From positions 69,874,001-69,938,000 of the forward strand of contig OX597828.1 of assembly GCA_951406725.2 (NCBI GenBank): DNA of 64,000 bases. Reading direction: 5' to 3'. This document shows, one piece after another, positions 1-14,033 of the stretch. The stretch is from Octopus vulgaris. Its lineage: Eukaryota. Position 1 is the stretch's first letter. Every line of letters begins with the position of its first letter. The notes under the pieces were generated by a model. It was given only the letters and a program-made list of their open reading frames with translations. It was not told where the DNA came from and did not search any database. The position numbers were made by a program, and so were the translations under genes.

Positions 1-150
1 TGCATTGACCCAAGTACTTGATTGATGCTTATTTTATCGATCACGAAAAGAAGAAAAGCAAAGTGGATCTCAACAGAATTTAAATCCGGAGCGTAAAGAG
101 CCGGAAGGAATACTGCTAAGCATTTTGTCCGGCATGCTAACTTCTGCCTA
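1..150 (-). mobile_element. SINE family M (tRNA-like head + Meta/MESC-like domain), degenerate copy
   Basis: Reverse complement resembles the better copies at 38996-39150 (gttagcatgccggacaaaatgcttagc...gtacttggg). Confidence 0.6.
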
Positions 151-230
151 CTCAGAGCCTTTTTTGAGAATTAAAAACAAAAAGAAAAGACACACACCGA
201 ATGCATATTGTAGTTGTTGCTGATTTTGTC

Positions 231-262
<32 letters not shown>

Positions 263-379
263 AAGAGAGAGAGAAAGAGAGAGGGAGAGAGAGAAAGAAA
301 GAGTGAGAGAGAGAAAGAGAGAGCGAGAGAAAGAGAAAGAGAGAGTGAGAGAAAGAGGACTCGACTAGTACCTATTTAC

Positions 380-530
380 GGCTGAATAAACTGGCACAAC
401 ATCAAAATGAAGTTCCTCGTGTGCCTTGCCCAAGGACTTAATTCATTGCCTGAGTGACCCAGGAATCGAACACCCGTTCTTTTTCTTATGAGCTGAACAC
501 CTTAACCGCTAGGCCACGTCACTTAACGCC
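380..530 (-). mobile_element. tRNA-derived CORE-like SINE (family R), degenerate
   Basis: Minus strand reads gtggcctagcggttaaggtgttcagctc...gttcgattcctggg (A/B-box-like), then gtccttgggcaaggcac. Confidence 0.55.
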
Positions 531-1374
531 GAGATTAGAAATAATTAATATCCCTCGCCACACCTTACTCTGCTCGGTGTTTCCCTCTCCTCTGGAATCT
601 ACTTAACCTAGGTATCGAACTCCCAACTGCTCTACTGCTTGGTATAACATTAAATGACCCAAGGAATTGAACCTTAAACTCTAGTTGCGTATTTAGTTTG
701 ATGTTACAGTGTGTATGTGTATGCATGCAAAGATATCTGTGTGTGCGTGTGTATGTGTTAGTGTGTGTGTAAGTGTGAGTTCGTGTGTGCAAGCATGCAT
801 TTGTATGTGTATGTGCTTGTGTACGCGTGTCTATGTGCATATATGTGTGTGTGTGTGTGCATGTGTACGGGTGTGTATTTGTGTATGAGTGTAAGTGGTG
901 GAGATGGCGGTAGCGATAGTTGCAGTGCGGGATTGAACTGTTACAAGCAGAATTCAAATTTGATTTAGTTTTTAATTGTCTCTGTTAATTGGATAAAGTT
1001 CAGACGACGACGACGACGACGACGATGATGATGCTTGTAAGGATGATGATTATAATGAGGATGATGATATTGATGGTAATGAAAATGATGACGAAAACTA
1101 CGATGGTAGTGCTAAGAAAAATACTCGATGTAATTCATTTGCTTGCAACTGCAACCTCTATTTAAGATTTTCATATTGTTAACCCTTAACATCCCGTGAA
1201 AAATGTTCTCAGTCAAAATCCCTATTCCTGTGATGATTCCCTACTGAAGAGAAATGAATGACAAAAGAAGGAATTAAAGTTTTCTGTTTTACATTCGAGA
1301 GACCCTCACTTCCCTTTTGAAATGAATGTAAACAATGTTAGCACGATTGTTGCGATATCCTGCATTTCGGGACT

Positions 1375-1535
1375 AGCTAAACACAGAGAGGACAAACAAA
1401 GACAGACAAAGGGATCAAGTTGATTACATCGACCCCAGTGCGTAACTGGTACTTAATTTATCGACCCCGAAAGGATGAAAGGCAAAGTCGACCTCGGTGG
1501 AATTTGAACTCGGAACGTAACGACAGACGAAATAC
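1375..1535 (-). mobile_element. SINE family M, 3' part
   Basis: cgaccccagtgcgtaactggtacttaatttatcgaccccgaaaggatgaaaggcaaagtcgacctcgg matches the reverse complement of 39080-39150. Confidence 0.8.
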
Positions 1536-1609
1536 TATCTGAGTTATATAGTCCCGTGCGGTACTGTGTCTTAAGGCAGTTAAGCATCCATTAGATTGTC
1601 TTACCGAGT

Positions 1610-2045
1610 CAGTGATGTTGTGTTGCTATGTTAGGTGATTATGATAATGTAGTTATGTTAATATGATAGTAGTACTGGGTCTATATGTCAATATATCAAG
1701 GATATTGTGCCATTGTGCTTGTTATTGTGTTAATATGTTAATGCTAGTGAATCGTGTTATTAAGTTAGTAATATTGTGACAATACGTTAATAATAGCCTG
1801 CCAATGTATTTGTGATTTTATGTCAACGTAGTGTCAATACTGTGATTATATATCAGTGTTATTGTGTCAATATACTCAGTGATATTGTGTCGGTATATTA
1901 GTAACATTGTATCGGTATGTTGTTGATCTTGTGACAATGTCTTAGTGCTTATTGTGTTAATGTGATATCAATATTGTGTTTATAAATCGGAGTTATTGTG
2001 TCGATATGTTAGTAATATTATGTCAATGTGTTTGTGATATTATAC
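1610..2045. repeat. Degenerate ~20-22 bp AT-rich minisatellite
   Basis: Recurring tattgtgtcaatatgttag-like units. Confidence 0.6.
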
Positions 2046-2757
2046 AGCTGTCTAGGAAGGCTTGTTTACTGTGAAAGTGAAATCATTTACCAACTTTAAT
2101 TAATGGAATAAAAACAACTCGCTCTTCACCAAGATCACGATTGAAATTAAGTAAAAAAAATACGAAACCGTCAACTTTAATTTATCCATCTTTTAACATT
2201 CCTGGCATTCATTCTGAGATGGAATTAATGAAGCTCAAGTGTTTCTGAAGATCTTTTTTTATGGTCAGAAAATTAAACCCAATAAATCGTTTGTTTGTTT
2301 GTTTATTTCAGCTCTTGTTTTTGTAATTTTTTGCTGATTTTTTTTTAACCCGTGGCCAACCTGGCGCCATTTATTGTAACTTCACACTGACCCATTCTTG
2401 GATACCTTTAACGAAAGTTTCACTCGGTTTGCATATTTATTGTTATTTATATGTAACACAATAACTGGACAATGTAGAGTTATTGTTTCTGGTGGTGGTG
2501 AGATAATGGCCAGTTTGATTATGGACAGGTGGGGAGAGATTGACCATCATTTTGTGTTTAGTTTGACTCCGAGTATGATATGCCAGACTGACCAGCATGT
2601 GAGAGTCAACTCGATCCTGGGGAGGTCAAACCAGCTTGACCACAAGATGTTGGTCATTGTGGCTATGAAATAATCACGTCATTCACATGATGGTCAGAGT
2701 GTATCTGGGGGTGATTATACACACACACACACACACACAAAGAAAGAGAGAGGGGAC

Positions 2758-2947
<190 letters not shown>

Positions 2948-3727
2948 AAGCTTAGCCACAGTTACAAGCGAAAATGATTTGGCAGCTAAAGTTATCAATA
3001 TAATCGCGGGTAGACATAGGCATCCGGAAGGCCCTCTTACCATTAGTCCAGCGGAGCAACAAGGATATAGCAGTCGGGGAGAAAGAGAGTGAGACTGCAC
3101 TGGTACTAGTCTGGTATTTCTTTTTGACTGAGTAGAAGAGAGCAACGCGAAATAAAGTGAAGGACAAGAGACCTGTCCCAGCCCAGGAGTCGATCCCACG
3201 ACTTTTATGACCGAGAACCCACCTCCTTAACCACGAGGCCACGCACATTCAAATTACAATAAAATACCAGTTACATAAATGGATCGATTGAATAGATTGT
3301 TTTTCCACCTGTCTACATTGCATCAAAACAATATAATTAACAAAGATTTTAATTAACAAAATCATTCACACTTCTGTCAGTGTTAATGACATTAATCGCG
3401 CGAGAGTCGTTTGCAGTAAGAACACTCAGAAAATAAATTCACTCAACTGCTCCGAAGACCAAGTTGGCAGCTTCCGTTGCCTAGACGACCTAATTATCAG
3501 TGGAAGAGGAGCTCCGAAAGCATAATGGCCGGAGCAAAAATAGAATGGAAAAAAAAGTCTGAAAGCTATCACTTCTGCTGGTTATAAAGGGTTTCTCACG
3601 GAATGGGAAGAAGAGATTGTAAGAAGCTTGTACACGAATGTGGTTTCGTACTAAAGTGAAATACAGGCATTGAATGTGGAGGCTGAGTAAAGGCGAAATA
3701 TAACGAGCCGAGGGAGCTCTGTTGATG

Positions 3728-3900
3728 TGGCACTCCGTCGGTTGCGACGACGAGGGTTCCAGTTGATCCGATCAACGGAACAGCCTGCTTGTGAAATTAA
3801 CGGGCAAGTGGCTGAGCACTCCACAGACATGTGTACTCTTAACGTAGTTCTCGGGGAGATTCAGCGTGACACAGAGTGTGACAAGGCTGGCCCTTTGAAA
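3728..3900 (-). mobile_element. SINE family R, tail type 1
   Basis: Reverse complement of the 13045-13216 tail (ggatcaactggaaccctcgtcgtcgcaaccgacggagtgcca). Confidence 0.8.
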
Positions 3901-3948
3901 TACACACACACACATATATATATATATTTATATATATATATATCATAT

Positions 3949-4318
<370 letters not shown>

Positions 4319-4904
4319 GTATATATACATACATACTTATACACACGTGCACACATACACATATGAAATGCTGTTAGAATTTACAGTCGATTTAAAAACA
4401 TTCTAGGAGAAAATGACTTAGCAGCAATAATCTCAGTTGGCCAATATAACACTTGAGAATAGATATGTTGAATTTTAACGATAATACCGTTTGATCGTTG
4501 AAATGGTTTTCGCAGGATTACGTTCCAAACTTCAGACACATATCTGTTTTTGCAGCCGCAGCAATATTTATGGCTATAATTGGGCAGTAGCTTCTTCGAG
4601 AGGCAACGAAGAAAGAACGAGTAAAGTACCACCGTATTTATAGAGAATAAACCATATCGATGAGCTATCATCAACGAACGGCAGAATCTTGCGAACTGTG
4701 TTTCTGGCTAACTTCAAACAGAAAACGATTAACCTACCGTCAAAATTGAAATTAAAAATTAAAAATTAATTTTTGAGATAATTAAATTGTAAAAAAATGC
4801 AAGTACAATTTGGTTGTATGTCATGGGATTCATTATTTATTCTGTGTGCAGAAGTGCTTTGAGATGGACAGTAGTGTTGGAAGAATTTAGCGAAATTAAT
4901 GGTT

Positions 4905-5007
<103 letters not shown>

Positions 5008-5294
5008 ATACATACACACGCACATGCACGCCCGTTTACTGGTATATATCAGCAATCTGAAGGTTCTTGGCCGTTGAAGAGAATTGGTCACTGGGAAGTA
5101 TTGAATCTGCTCCAAATTCGGAGTCACTGGTACCCCTACTCAACAAACGTGTAAAATTATTACATTTTAAACGGTACAACAATGTGGTACATTAGAATTA
5201 TGCACGTACATACACACACACATACATTACACACACATATATACATATATATATAAACATATGTATACATACATACATATATATATATATATTA

Positions 5295-5410
5295 TGTGAT
5301 CACGGTGACCGACCAGGCTATCATATGTTGTTATACATCGCTGGTCACAATGCGCTTCGCATTGTTTTAGCCTTCAAATGGCGCCATCCCGTTGGCTAAG
5401 CGAGCAGGCC
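5295..5410 (-). mobile_element. SINE family R, tail type 2
   Basis: Reverse complement of 37210-37320 (gcgcattgtgaccagcg...ctggtcggtcac). Confidence 0.7.
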
Positions 5411-5829
5411 AATATATATATATATACATACACGCACATATATATATATATATACATGTGACGAATGTATATTCCTGTCTGTCGTGTCTGCCTACGCAGT
5501 CCAGTCATACACTGCCCACCACCATCACCACCACCACCACCACCACCACCACCACCACCACCATCATCACCACCACCACCACCAAAACCACTAGTAGACT
5601 GTCTTTGCAGCAACCCACAAAACCATTCAGTTTAACCAAACATTACACTTTAAAATTCCTGCCTCGTAACCAAATTATTTCTAAAGTTGTGACGTGAAAG
5701 AAGAGGAAGGAAAAAGGAGAGAGAAAGAAGAAGCAGAAGAGTTAGAACAACAGTAAGTAATAATAATGATAATAATGCTACCAACAACAACAACAACAAC
5801 AACAATAATAATAATAAATGATAATAATC

Positions 5830-6225
5830 TGATGCAGTACCAGGCAGTGGCTCTCATGGTTTTTGATCTTAACTGATCGGAAGTGTTATCATGTGCACTG
5901 TTTTATCTCGGTACTAAAAGATGGGCTACAGCAAATATTCTGCTCAATACCACAGATTTGCTTGTCAATTGTTTGACCATAACCAGTTGAGCATGTCCCT
6001 TAGTAGCTGACGATATGTGCATTTCTGACCACGAGCAGAATTAGTGGGGGAGCATCATATGCATGTGTTGAGAGGGATTCTTTGGGGTTTGAATAATTCA
6101 CCTCTGGAAACATGGGTGTTTCGTTCAACATCCTTAAACAAACCTTATTCAGGGACCTTTTGAGCAAGATAGGCTACTCGACCTGAAGAAAATTCTAACT
6201 GGGCCCCACCTGCAAGGTCATGAAG
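5830..6225. mobile_element. Interspersed repeat following (AAT)n; a second, shorter copy at 17914-18025
   Basis: tgatgcagtaccaggcagtggctctcatgg...aaaagatgggctacagcaaatattct is shared by both copies, and each is preceded by an AAT tract. Confidence 0.7.
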
Positions 6226-6380
6226 CCACTAAAATCATAAAGGATAAAAATGGAACTGGCAGAAGGCCACCACATAACCCAAAGAGAGAAGTTCATTAAA
6301 TCAACAGAGATATCTCCTTTGCTTCACGTTATCCAGAATATGCGCGCACACACACACACACTCACACACACACACGCACG

Positions 6381-6440
<60 letters not shown>

Positions 6441-7142
6441 AACAACACACGCATATTTCAGCGTGTGTTGAGTCGCTAAGTCGTTACTTGGAGTTTCACG
6501 TTTCCGCTCTTCCAACGACTATCTTGCCTATTTCTGAAGTGTTTTTATATGATCAGCAATTGCATCTAATCACGTGATTCTGAAAGCAAATTTGGGATTT
6601 TTAGAAACACATACAAGCAAAATACAATGTGAGGGATAAAAGTTACGAATACTTTTGGAATTTTCTTGGAATTTCTAGACGTTTCTGAGGAATGACAATT
6701 CTAGGCAGGATGGATTTTATCGAAATATTAGTTTCAAAACATTGTTGCACTTAAGAATAAAAGCTTTGTTATTGGAAAACCAGAATTTGAAGAATAGAAT
6801 TTGGGAATGGAATTTGGACTACGGCGTTTCTTTAATGGTGCTAAATATAGTTTACATTTTAAATTAGTTCTTGTGGCGGTTAATAGATATTTTTAAATGA
6901 GATATTTCGTTCATTAAGATCACGTGTTTGTGTGTGTGCGTGTGTGTTTGTTTGTGCATGTGCGTGTATGTGTGTGTATTTATATATTCTTTTATCCTTT
7001 TGTTTCAGTCATTTGATTGCGCCCATGCTGGAGCATCGACTTACACGCACACACGCGCGTGCACACACACACACATATATACAGACACGTGTATATACAT
7101 AGACATACATACGTATACATATATTCATATGTATATACGTCT

Positions 7143-7175
<33 letters not shown>

Positions 7176-7264
7176 TATATACACAGACACATATATATAC
7201 ACATACTTATATACGTAGTTCAAATCTACAGAAAACAAATGTATGTGTGTGTGTGTATGTATTG

Positions 7265-7326
7265 ATGTGAGTGGATTTGGTTGACGGAAACTGAAAGAAG
7301 TCCGTCGTAAATATAGATATGTACAT

Positions 7327-7421
<95 letters not shown>

Positions 7422-7622
7422 CCTGTGTGTCTGTGTTTGTTCCCCCACCATTGCTTGACAACTGGTGCTGGTGTGTTTGCATCCCTGTAACATAGCGATT
7501 TGGCAAAAGTACCCGATAGAATAAGTACTAAGCTTACAAAGAAGAAGTCCTGAAGTCGATTTGTTCGACTAAAGGCAGTGCTCCAGCATGATCGCAGTCA
7601 AATGGTTGAAACAAGTAAAAGA
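7265..7622 (+). mobile_element. SINE family K (internal microsatellite; 3' ...gctccagcatggccgcagtcaaatgactgaaacaag), partial
   Basis: Matches the full copies at 18445-18847 and 35942-36360. Confidence 0.8.
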
Positions 7623-8209
7623 ATCTGTCTGTCTATCTTCCTTGAAACGGGAAGGAAGGACCATTTTCATCGTACATGTGGCCATGGCGAAAGAATGTGT
7701 ATGGTGGACGCGTCTGAAAGGTCTAGAGACAAACACTTTCCTCTCTGGTCAATCACTCATCATCTTCTTCAAGTATCACTTGAAGAGGAAGGTGAGAGTT
7801 GAGAGGGAAGCTTTGTCTGGTGAATGTTTAAAAAAAAAGATGGGTGAATGTAGCAAAGAAGGCACGTGTGAATGACGGATCCATCTTGAGCATAATCCTA
7901 TGAACCAGAAAAAGAAAGGGAAAAAGAGAATCACTTACTGGAATGTGTTTTTTGCATAACATTATTGCCCGAGGTTACCGTGGTCTTTTCCGTAGGCTTT
8001 TCTTTCCACGGTTAAACCTAATCTGTTTCCCCTTTTGCATTATGACATTTCTGTGATACACGATCCCTATTGATCGGCTTTCTTTTTTCTTTTTTTTCTC
8101 ACGATCCCTTTTGACCGAATTCCTACCCCCACTTTTTTTCTCTTCCCAAAAGAAAAGCTCTACTTTGTATTTTGTCCCCTCTGTATTCAGCTCTGTGTGA
8201 CCATTAACA

Positions 8210-8362
<153 letters not shown>

Positions 8363-9149
8363 ATATATACATACATATACACGACGGGCTTCTTTTAATA
8401 TTCCATCTACCATATCCACTCCCAAGGCTTTGGTCGGTCCGAGGAAACAGCAGAAGACATATGAGAAATTATGATCTCTTTATTAATCTATCATTTCCTT
8501 CAGCAGACAATTGACCACTCCCACAAATGCCAATCAAGCAGCCTTAACCCAACCCACCTGAATACAAACATATATATATGTGAGTGTTCAGCGCGGTTAG
8601 TTCACTCACAGACGAAGCCTCAATGGTTGTAACGTAAACCGATCTGGTCTTCTTAAATTGAATATTCGAAAAGCGAGTTGAGCTTTGCCTTGTAGAGCGT
8701 CAAAGAGAACCGAAACTAATCAGACGCTCCTCGCATTTACCTCCTGAAATTCTTGTCATTCAATTGGAAGGTTATATCCTCACCGGAAGATTCGCTAAAT
8801 ACAGTTTACAGAAATTTCATCGTACTTCCGCCATATATACACGCATGCATGGATACATATGTATGTGTATGTGTGTGTATGTGTGTTTGTGTGCACATAT
8901 ATATATGAAAGAAATTTAATAGATGTCAAAGGAACAAGAAGTTGTGGAATGGACTTCATTCGCTTACAGCTGTTTCTGCCACAAGATTCAATTCATTCGA
9001 AAAGCCTATGGCTTTATCGGAGCTAGAAAAAAATTTTATTTGGGAAGGCATTTACATTTATGCTTATACAGAAAGCGTTCCCAACGAAAATAAAAGCATA
9101 AACATGCGTAGGAAAAAAAGTTTGAGGAACAGAAGATTGAAGCATTGAG

Positions 9150-9287
9150 TTCTAACCTAATTTATCGACCTCGAAAGAATGAAAGGCAAAGTCGACCTCG
9201 GCGGAATTCGGACTCAGAATGTAGTGACGTGAGAATTCCGCTAAGCATTTCGTCCAGCGTGCTAACGATTCTTCCAGCTCGCCGCCT
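9150..9287 (-). mobile_element. SINE family M, head and body
   Basis: Reverse complement of 38996-39125. Confidence 0.75.
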
Positions 9288-9300
9288 AATAATAATAATG

Positions 9301-9340
<40 letters not shown>

Positions 9341-9369
9341 TAATAATATATATACATTTATATATACAT

Positions 9370-9432
<63 letters not shown>

Positions 9433-9433
<1 letters not shown>

Positions 9434-10308
9434 GGTGCGATGGGTAAATTGTCGGAATTTTATAAGTTTTTTTTATTTCGCGCATGCGCTTTGTTTGTAT
9501 TTGATTTTGTGGACTACACAGTATAGTAGGGTCAGTTGGGCAGCGTCTATGAGAAAAGCACCACCATCACGCAATTCACTCTGCTAGAAATTTGGAAAGG
9601 ACATGCTGTACTACTTGGTATTCACACCGGCAACTCCAATACGAACATTTCGGAGTGTTCGATGTCAATCTGAGGAAATGCAATCTGAGGACATGTACCG
9701 AGAATGATAAAAATCAAACATACTGTCAATATCATGGTGTTTCGAGTAATCACTAGTAATGGCGACTTTATGCGTCCATTCATCTTCCCACATGGCCTCA
9801 TACTCAACATGGAGGCCTACATCCAGGGCTTGGAGGAGATAGTGCTGCCTTGTGTCAGAAGGTAGCTGTTGGAAGGCCCTATGTCTGGCCACAGGATTCT
9901 GCACCATGCCACACAAGCAGGAGAACACAGTCATAGCTGTTAAACAATCTCTGCGACCACATCGCCCCTAACATCTGGTCACCTAACTCTCCAGACTGCA
10001 ACCCCCTTGATTATTATGTGTGGGGCACAGTTGAGCGAGGGACCAGCAAAACTACTTCTAATACCAAAGATGAACTGAAGGCAAGGATTATGGCAGCATT
10101 CCCCAGCTTAAACAAGGAGACCGTCCAGAAGAGTTGCAGGGGATTCCGAAGTCGTCTGGAGGCCATGGTTTAAGCCAATGGTGATTTTGTAGAATAAATT
10201 TACTCTTTAGTATTTCAAGATATCTTTATGTAATTTGGGTAAAATATATTTGTTAAAATGAGATGTAATTTAGTGTAATTTAGACGAAAATTTTTTCACC
10301 GCACCCTC
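9433..10308 (+). mobile_element. Degenerate, internally deleted Tc1/mariner transposon of maT (DD37D) type
   Basis: Translation from ~9877: PYVWPQDSAPCHTSRRTQS*LLNNLCDHIAPNIWSPNSPDCNPLDYYVWG, with 37 positions between the second and third catalytic D. Imperfect TIR-like ends (cggtgcgatgggtaaatt / ttttcaccgcaccc) and TA flanks. Confidence 0.8.
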
Positions 10309-10324
10309 TATATAGAGAGAATAG

Positions 10325-10378
10325 AATTGACAGTGACTTCGCAGTTTCGACCCGCTAAGCCATCATCGGCTGTCGATT
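10325..10378 (-). ncRNA. Near-canonical type I hammerhead ribozyme relic
   Basis: Minus strand: gacag-ccgatga-tggc ttagcgg gtc-gaaa-ct gcga ag-tc-actgtc. It is 1-2 changes from canonical, with a GUC site and a GNRA-capped stem III. Confidence 0.55.
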
Positions 10379-11107
10379 ATATTCTTATTAAATAATTATA
10401 AATTTGTACTCTACCAAATATATTGAGTAATCATTCAGTTTGAAGCAAAATTGTTTTGATTATCGCATAAATACAAGTGCTAATACACACACACACACAC
10501 AAATATATATATATATATATGTATATATATATGTATATGTGTGTGTGTGCGCGCGCGCATACAGAGCTGAAAGAATCATTAGATCGTCGAACGAAATGAT
10601 TCGTGATATTTCTCCCAGTTCTATAAGTACTGCGTTCAAATCCCACCAGGGATAACTTCTTTTATCCCACTGGACTCGATAAAATCAAGTGCCAGCCAAG
10701 CAATGGTGTCGGTGGTATCGACTGCACCTCTTTCTTGAAAACCGCTGGCCTTTTGCCAAAATTAAATCATTATTATATTTATAATTCTTCTGTGTGTTTA
10801 ACACAACAAAACTTTCAGCTCTCCGCAGCCAGTGGACTAAAATAAACCTCCTAATTTAGATTTCAAGAATTTTGCGCAGGATTCATGTGATTCCAAGCAA
10901 CACCGTTTTCTGTAGATGTTCTCTCTTCATATTTACACCGTGTCTTTTCATCCCAGTTTATTGAGCTTGGTACGTATAATCCTCAAGACTTCAACAAGTA
11001 CAAAACTCACCTTCTTCCTTCACCACTGTCTTTTCCCCTCTCACTTCAACACCATCGTATGTGGCCTGTTTTTCTTCTTCTCTTTGTGATCCGTTGTCAT
11101 CACCAGG

Positions 11108-11500
11108 TCTGGCAGAATCGCTTGCACGCCGAGCAAAATGCTTAGCGGTATTTCGTCTGCCGTTACGTTCTGAGTTCAAATTACGCCGAGGTCGACTTTA
11201 CCTTTCATCCTTTCGGGGTCGATAAATTAAGCACCAGTTACGCACTGGGGTGGATATAATCGACTTAATCCGTTTGTCTGTCCTTGTTCGTCCCCTCTGT
11301 GTTTAGCCCCTTGTGGGCAATAAAGAAATAAGAATCGCTTGCACGCCGGGCAAAATGCTTCGCGACACTGCGGTCGACTTTGACTTTCATCCTTGCTGTG
11401 TCGATAAAATATGTACCAGTTAAACACTGGGGTCGATGTAATTGACTTACCCCGCCCCCAACCGCCCAGAATTTCAGGTTTTGTCTCTATAGTAGACAGG
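11108..11500 (+). mobile_element. SINE family M, tandem dimer
   Basis: Two consecutive units starting gaatcgcttgcacgccg at ~11115 and ~11332. Confidence 0.8.
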
Positions 11501-11938
11501 ATTATTGCTACTAGGTCAACCGGAACCAGAGTTCATCCGAGCCGTTTAATTTATGCTTTGTTCATTCGACTTAAAAACTCTTTTTTAAGATATGGGTGAA
11601 TTCTGATTTTGGTTTGCCAAGGAAATTATACACTCCACCGTCCATAACTAAACAAACAAACACACACACACACACGCACACACACAAACACGTACACACA
11701 CACAAACATACACACGTACACACACACACATCGCACGTAATTTATTCGTGTTGACTGCGATTTTACAAAACATTTGACGCGACTCTCAATTTTTGGTCGC
11801 CCATCTGTTGTCATGAAACATTTTTTTATAATATTAATTGCAATTTAACAATCACACGTACACGCACACTCTCTCTCACTCACACATACACATATACACA
11901 CACACTCATATATACATACATAAAAACATATGTATGTT

Positions 11939-11970
<32 letters not shown>

Positions 11971-12682
11971 AATATAATTTATATATCTGATGGACGTAGG
12001 GTCTGGTTAGGCAAGACAGGCAGTGCATACCGAAACTATAACAACTATAAATATAATTTGATACATAAAACTTTCCATTTCATGATGGAAATCGCTAATT
12101 TAATGCACGCATTTCTGCATAAATGGCTACCGTGTTCATGTTTTGACATGCGCAATTTCCGCTGCGTTTCAAACTCAGTCTATCCGTGAAGCTATTAAAA
12201 TCACATTGTGTGCGATGTGGTTTTTAATAAATTTGAAACGGTGAATGGTGTCAGCGGTCCGCGAACATTTCTGGCTTCGTTCAGTGTCATTACAGACTGT
12301 GTCTGTCCAAATGGCGTTGGAGATAATTTTTAGAGACATTTTATTTAATGTGAATCTACGATGAAGAGGTAATAACGAATACACACACACACATAACGCA
12401 CGCGCACACATAGATACATACATGCTTCCATACATGTCTAAACATTGATGCTTACAGGCACACACCACATACACGCGCACACGCTCATATAAATGTTTGT
12501 TTTTTAGGCGAAGTAAGACCACTCTACTGTTTTCGTGGAGGACATATTTATTAATACCTTCATGAAAAAGCTGGAATGTAACTTCGGGGTTTCGAATTAC
12601 AGTCTGTCAATAAACATACACATGCACACACACGCACAAACGCACAGACACACACATGCATATATTTATGTGTGTGAATATG

Positions 12683-13280
12683 TACGAAGGGTTGCTGAAA
12701 AGTTACTGGCTTTGAGGGTGTCGAGAAGGGCCTGGCTGGAGGCCCCAACGTCCGAGTTCTTTTACAGGGTTTATAAAAACTGAAGGACCGCTGCAATAAA
12801 GGGGTGAATGTGAGAGTAGAATATGTTGAATAAAGTCCTAATTAACTGATGGAGGCGCAATGGCCCAGTGGTTAGGGAAGCGGACTCGCGGTTTCGATTC
12901 CCAGACTGGGCGTTGTGAGTGTTTATTGAGCGAAAACACCTAAAAAGCTCCACGAGGCTCCGGCAAGGATGGTGGTGATCCCTGCTGTACTCTTTCACCA
13001 CAACTTTCTCTCACTCTTACTTCCTGTTTCTGTTGTACCTGTATTTCAAAGCGCCGGCCTTGTCACTCTCTGTGTCACGCTGAATATCCCCGAGAACTAC
13101 GTTAAGGGTACACGTGTCTGTGGAGTGGTTCAGCCACTTACACGTTAATTTCACGAGCAGGCTGTTCCGTTGATCGGATCAACCGGAACCCTCGTCGTTG
13201 TAACCGACGGAGTGCTTTAAGAATTAACTGATCCTCCTGCATTTTCTTTTACTCAAAGCCAGGAACTTTTCAACACCACC
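12683..13280 (+). mobile_element. Mariner-derived MITE split by a SINE insertion
   Basis: Left end tacgaagggttgctgaaaagt; right end actttt caacacc. The left end resembles 54459-54480. Confidence 0.55.
12851..13221 (+). mobile_element. tRNA-derived SINE (family R variant, tail type 1) with an 11-bp target-site duplication
   Basis: ggaggcgcaatggcccagtggttaggg...gtttcgattccc head; aattaactgat duplicated at 12840-12850 and 13222-13232. Confidence 0.85.
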
Positions 13281-13380
13281 ACCCCTCATGAGTGTTTGAA
13301 AGTTATGGAACTAAAAATGGAAACAATACATTTCTACAAAGTATGGATTTTTAAATGTCTTCATACACACACACACACAC

Positions 13381-13428
<48 letters not shown>

Positions 13429-13926
13429 GTATATTGATATTATACATTGGTTTCAAATTTTGGCAGATGGTCTGCAATTTCAGAGAAAGGTCTAAATCGA
13501 TAATCGATTTCATCGACCCCAATGATTGGCTGATATTCATCTCATCGACCCCGAAATGATGAAACGCAAAGTCGACCTCGGCGGAATTTGAACTCGGGAC
13601 GTAAAGACAGACGAATTGCGTTTTATCCCTTCGGGGTCAATAAAAAAAATACCAGTGAAATACTGGAGTCGATGTAATCGACTCACTCCTTCCTCCGAAA
13701 TTACTGGCCTTGTACCTAATTTAGAAGCAAATATATATCAATGTGTGTGTGTGTGTGTGTGTGTATGTGTGTGTGTGTGTGTGTGTGTGTCAAAGAGTAG
13801 CAGACTTCTTCTTTGAAAAGGAATAACATGAATCCATCAAAGGTTGAAGATATCGCTACCTCCGTTCAATTTGGCGATCTCACAGACAAATGGGGAACGG
13901 AGAAAATGGTAGAGAACTAATAGGAG

Positions 13927-14002
13927 AAGAAAGAAGAAGAAGAAGAAGAAGAAGAAGAAGAAGAAGAAGAAGAAGAAGAAGAAGAAGAAGAAGAAGAAGA
14001 AG

Positions 14003-14031
<29 letters not shown>
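13927..14031. repeat. (GAA)n trinucleotide tract
   Basis: Read directly. A (CTT)n tract lies at ~52983-53066. Confidence 0.95.

Positions 14032-14033
<2 letters not shown>

Noticed and set aside
8600-8735. Possible hammerhead (cagacga...gaaa) in a TA-flanked island
   Set aside because: Core and stems need several mismatches, so it cannot be supported by eye.
12851-12910. tRNA-like sequence with A/B boxes (also ~37015, ~53990-54058, ~60630)
   Set aside because: These are SINE heads: no complete cloverleaf, and each runs straight into a SINE body.
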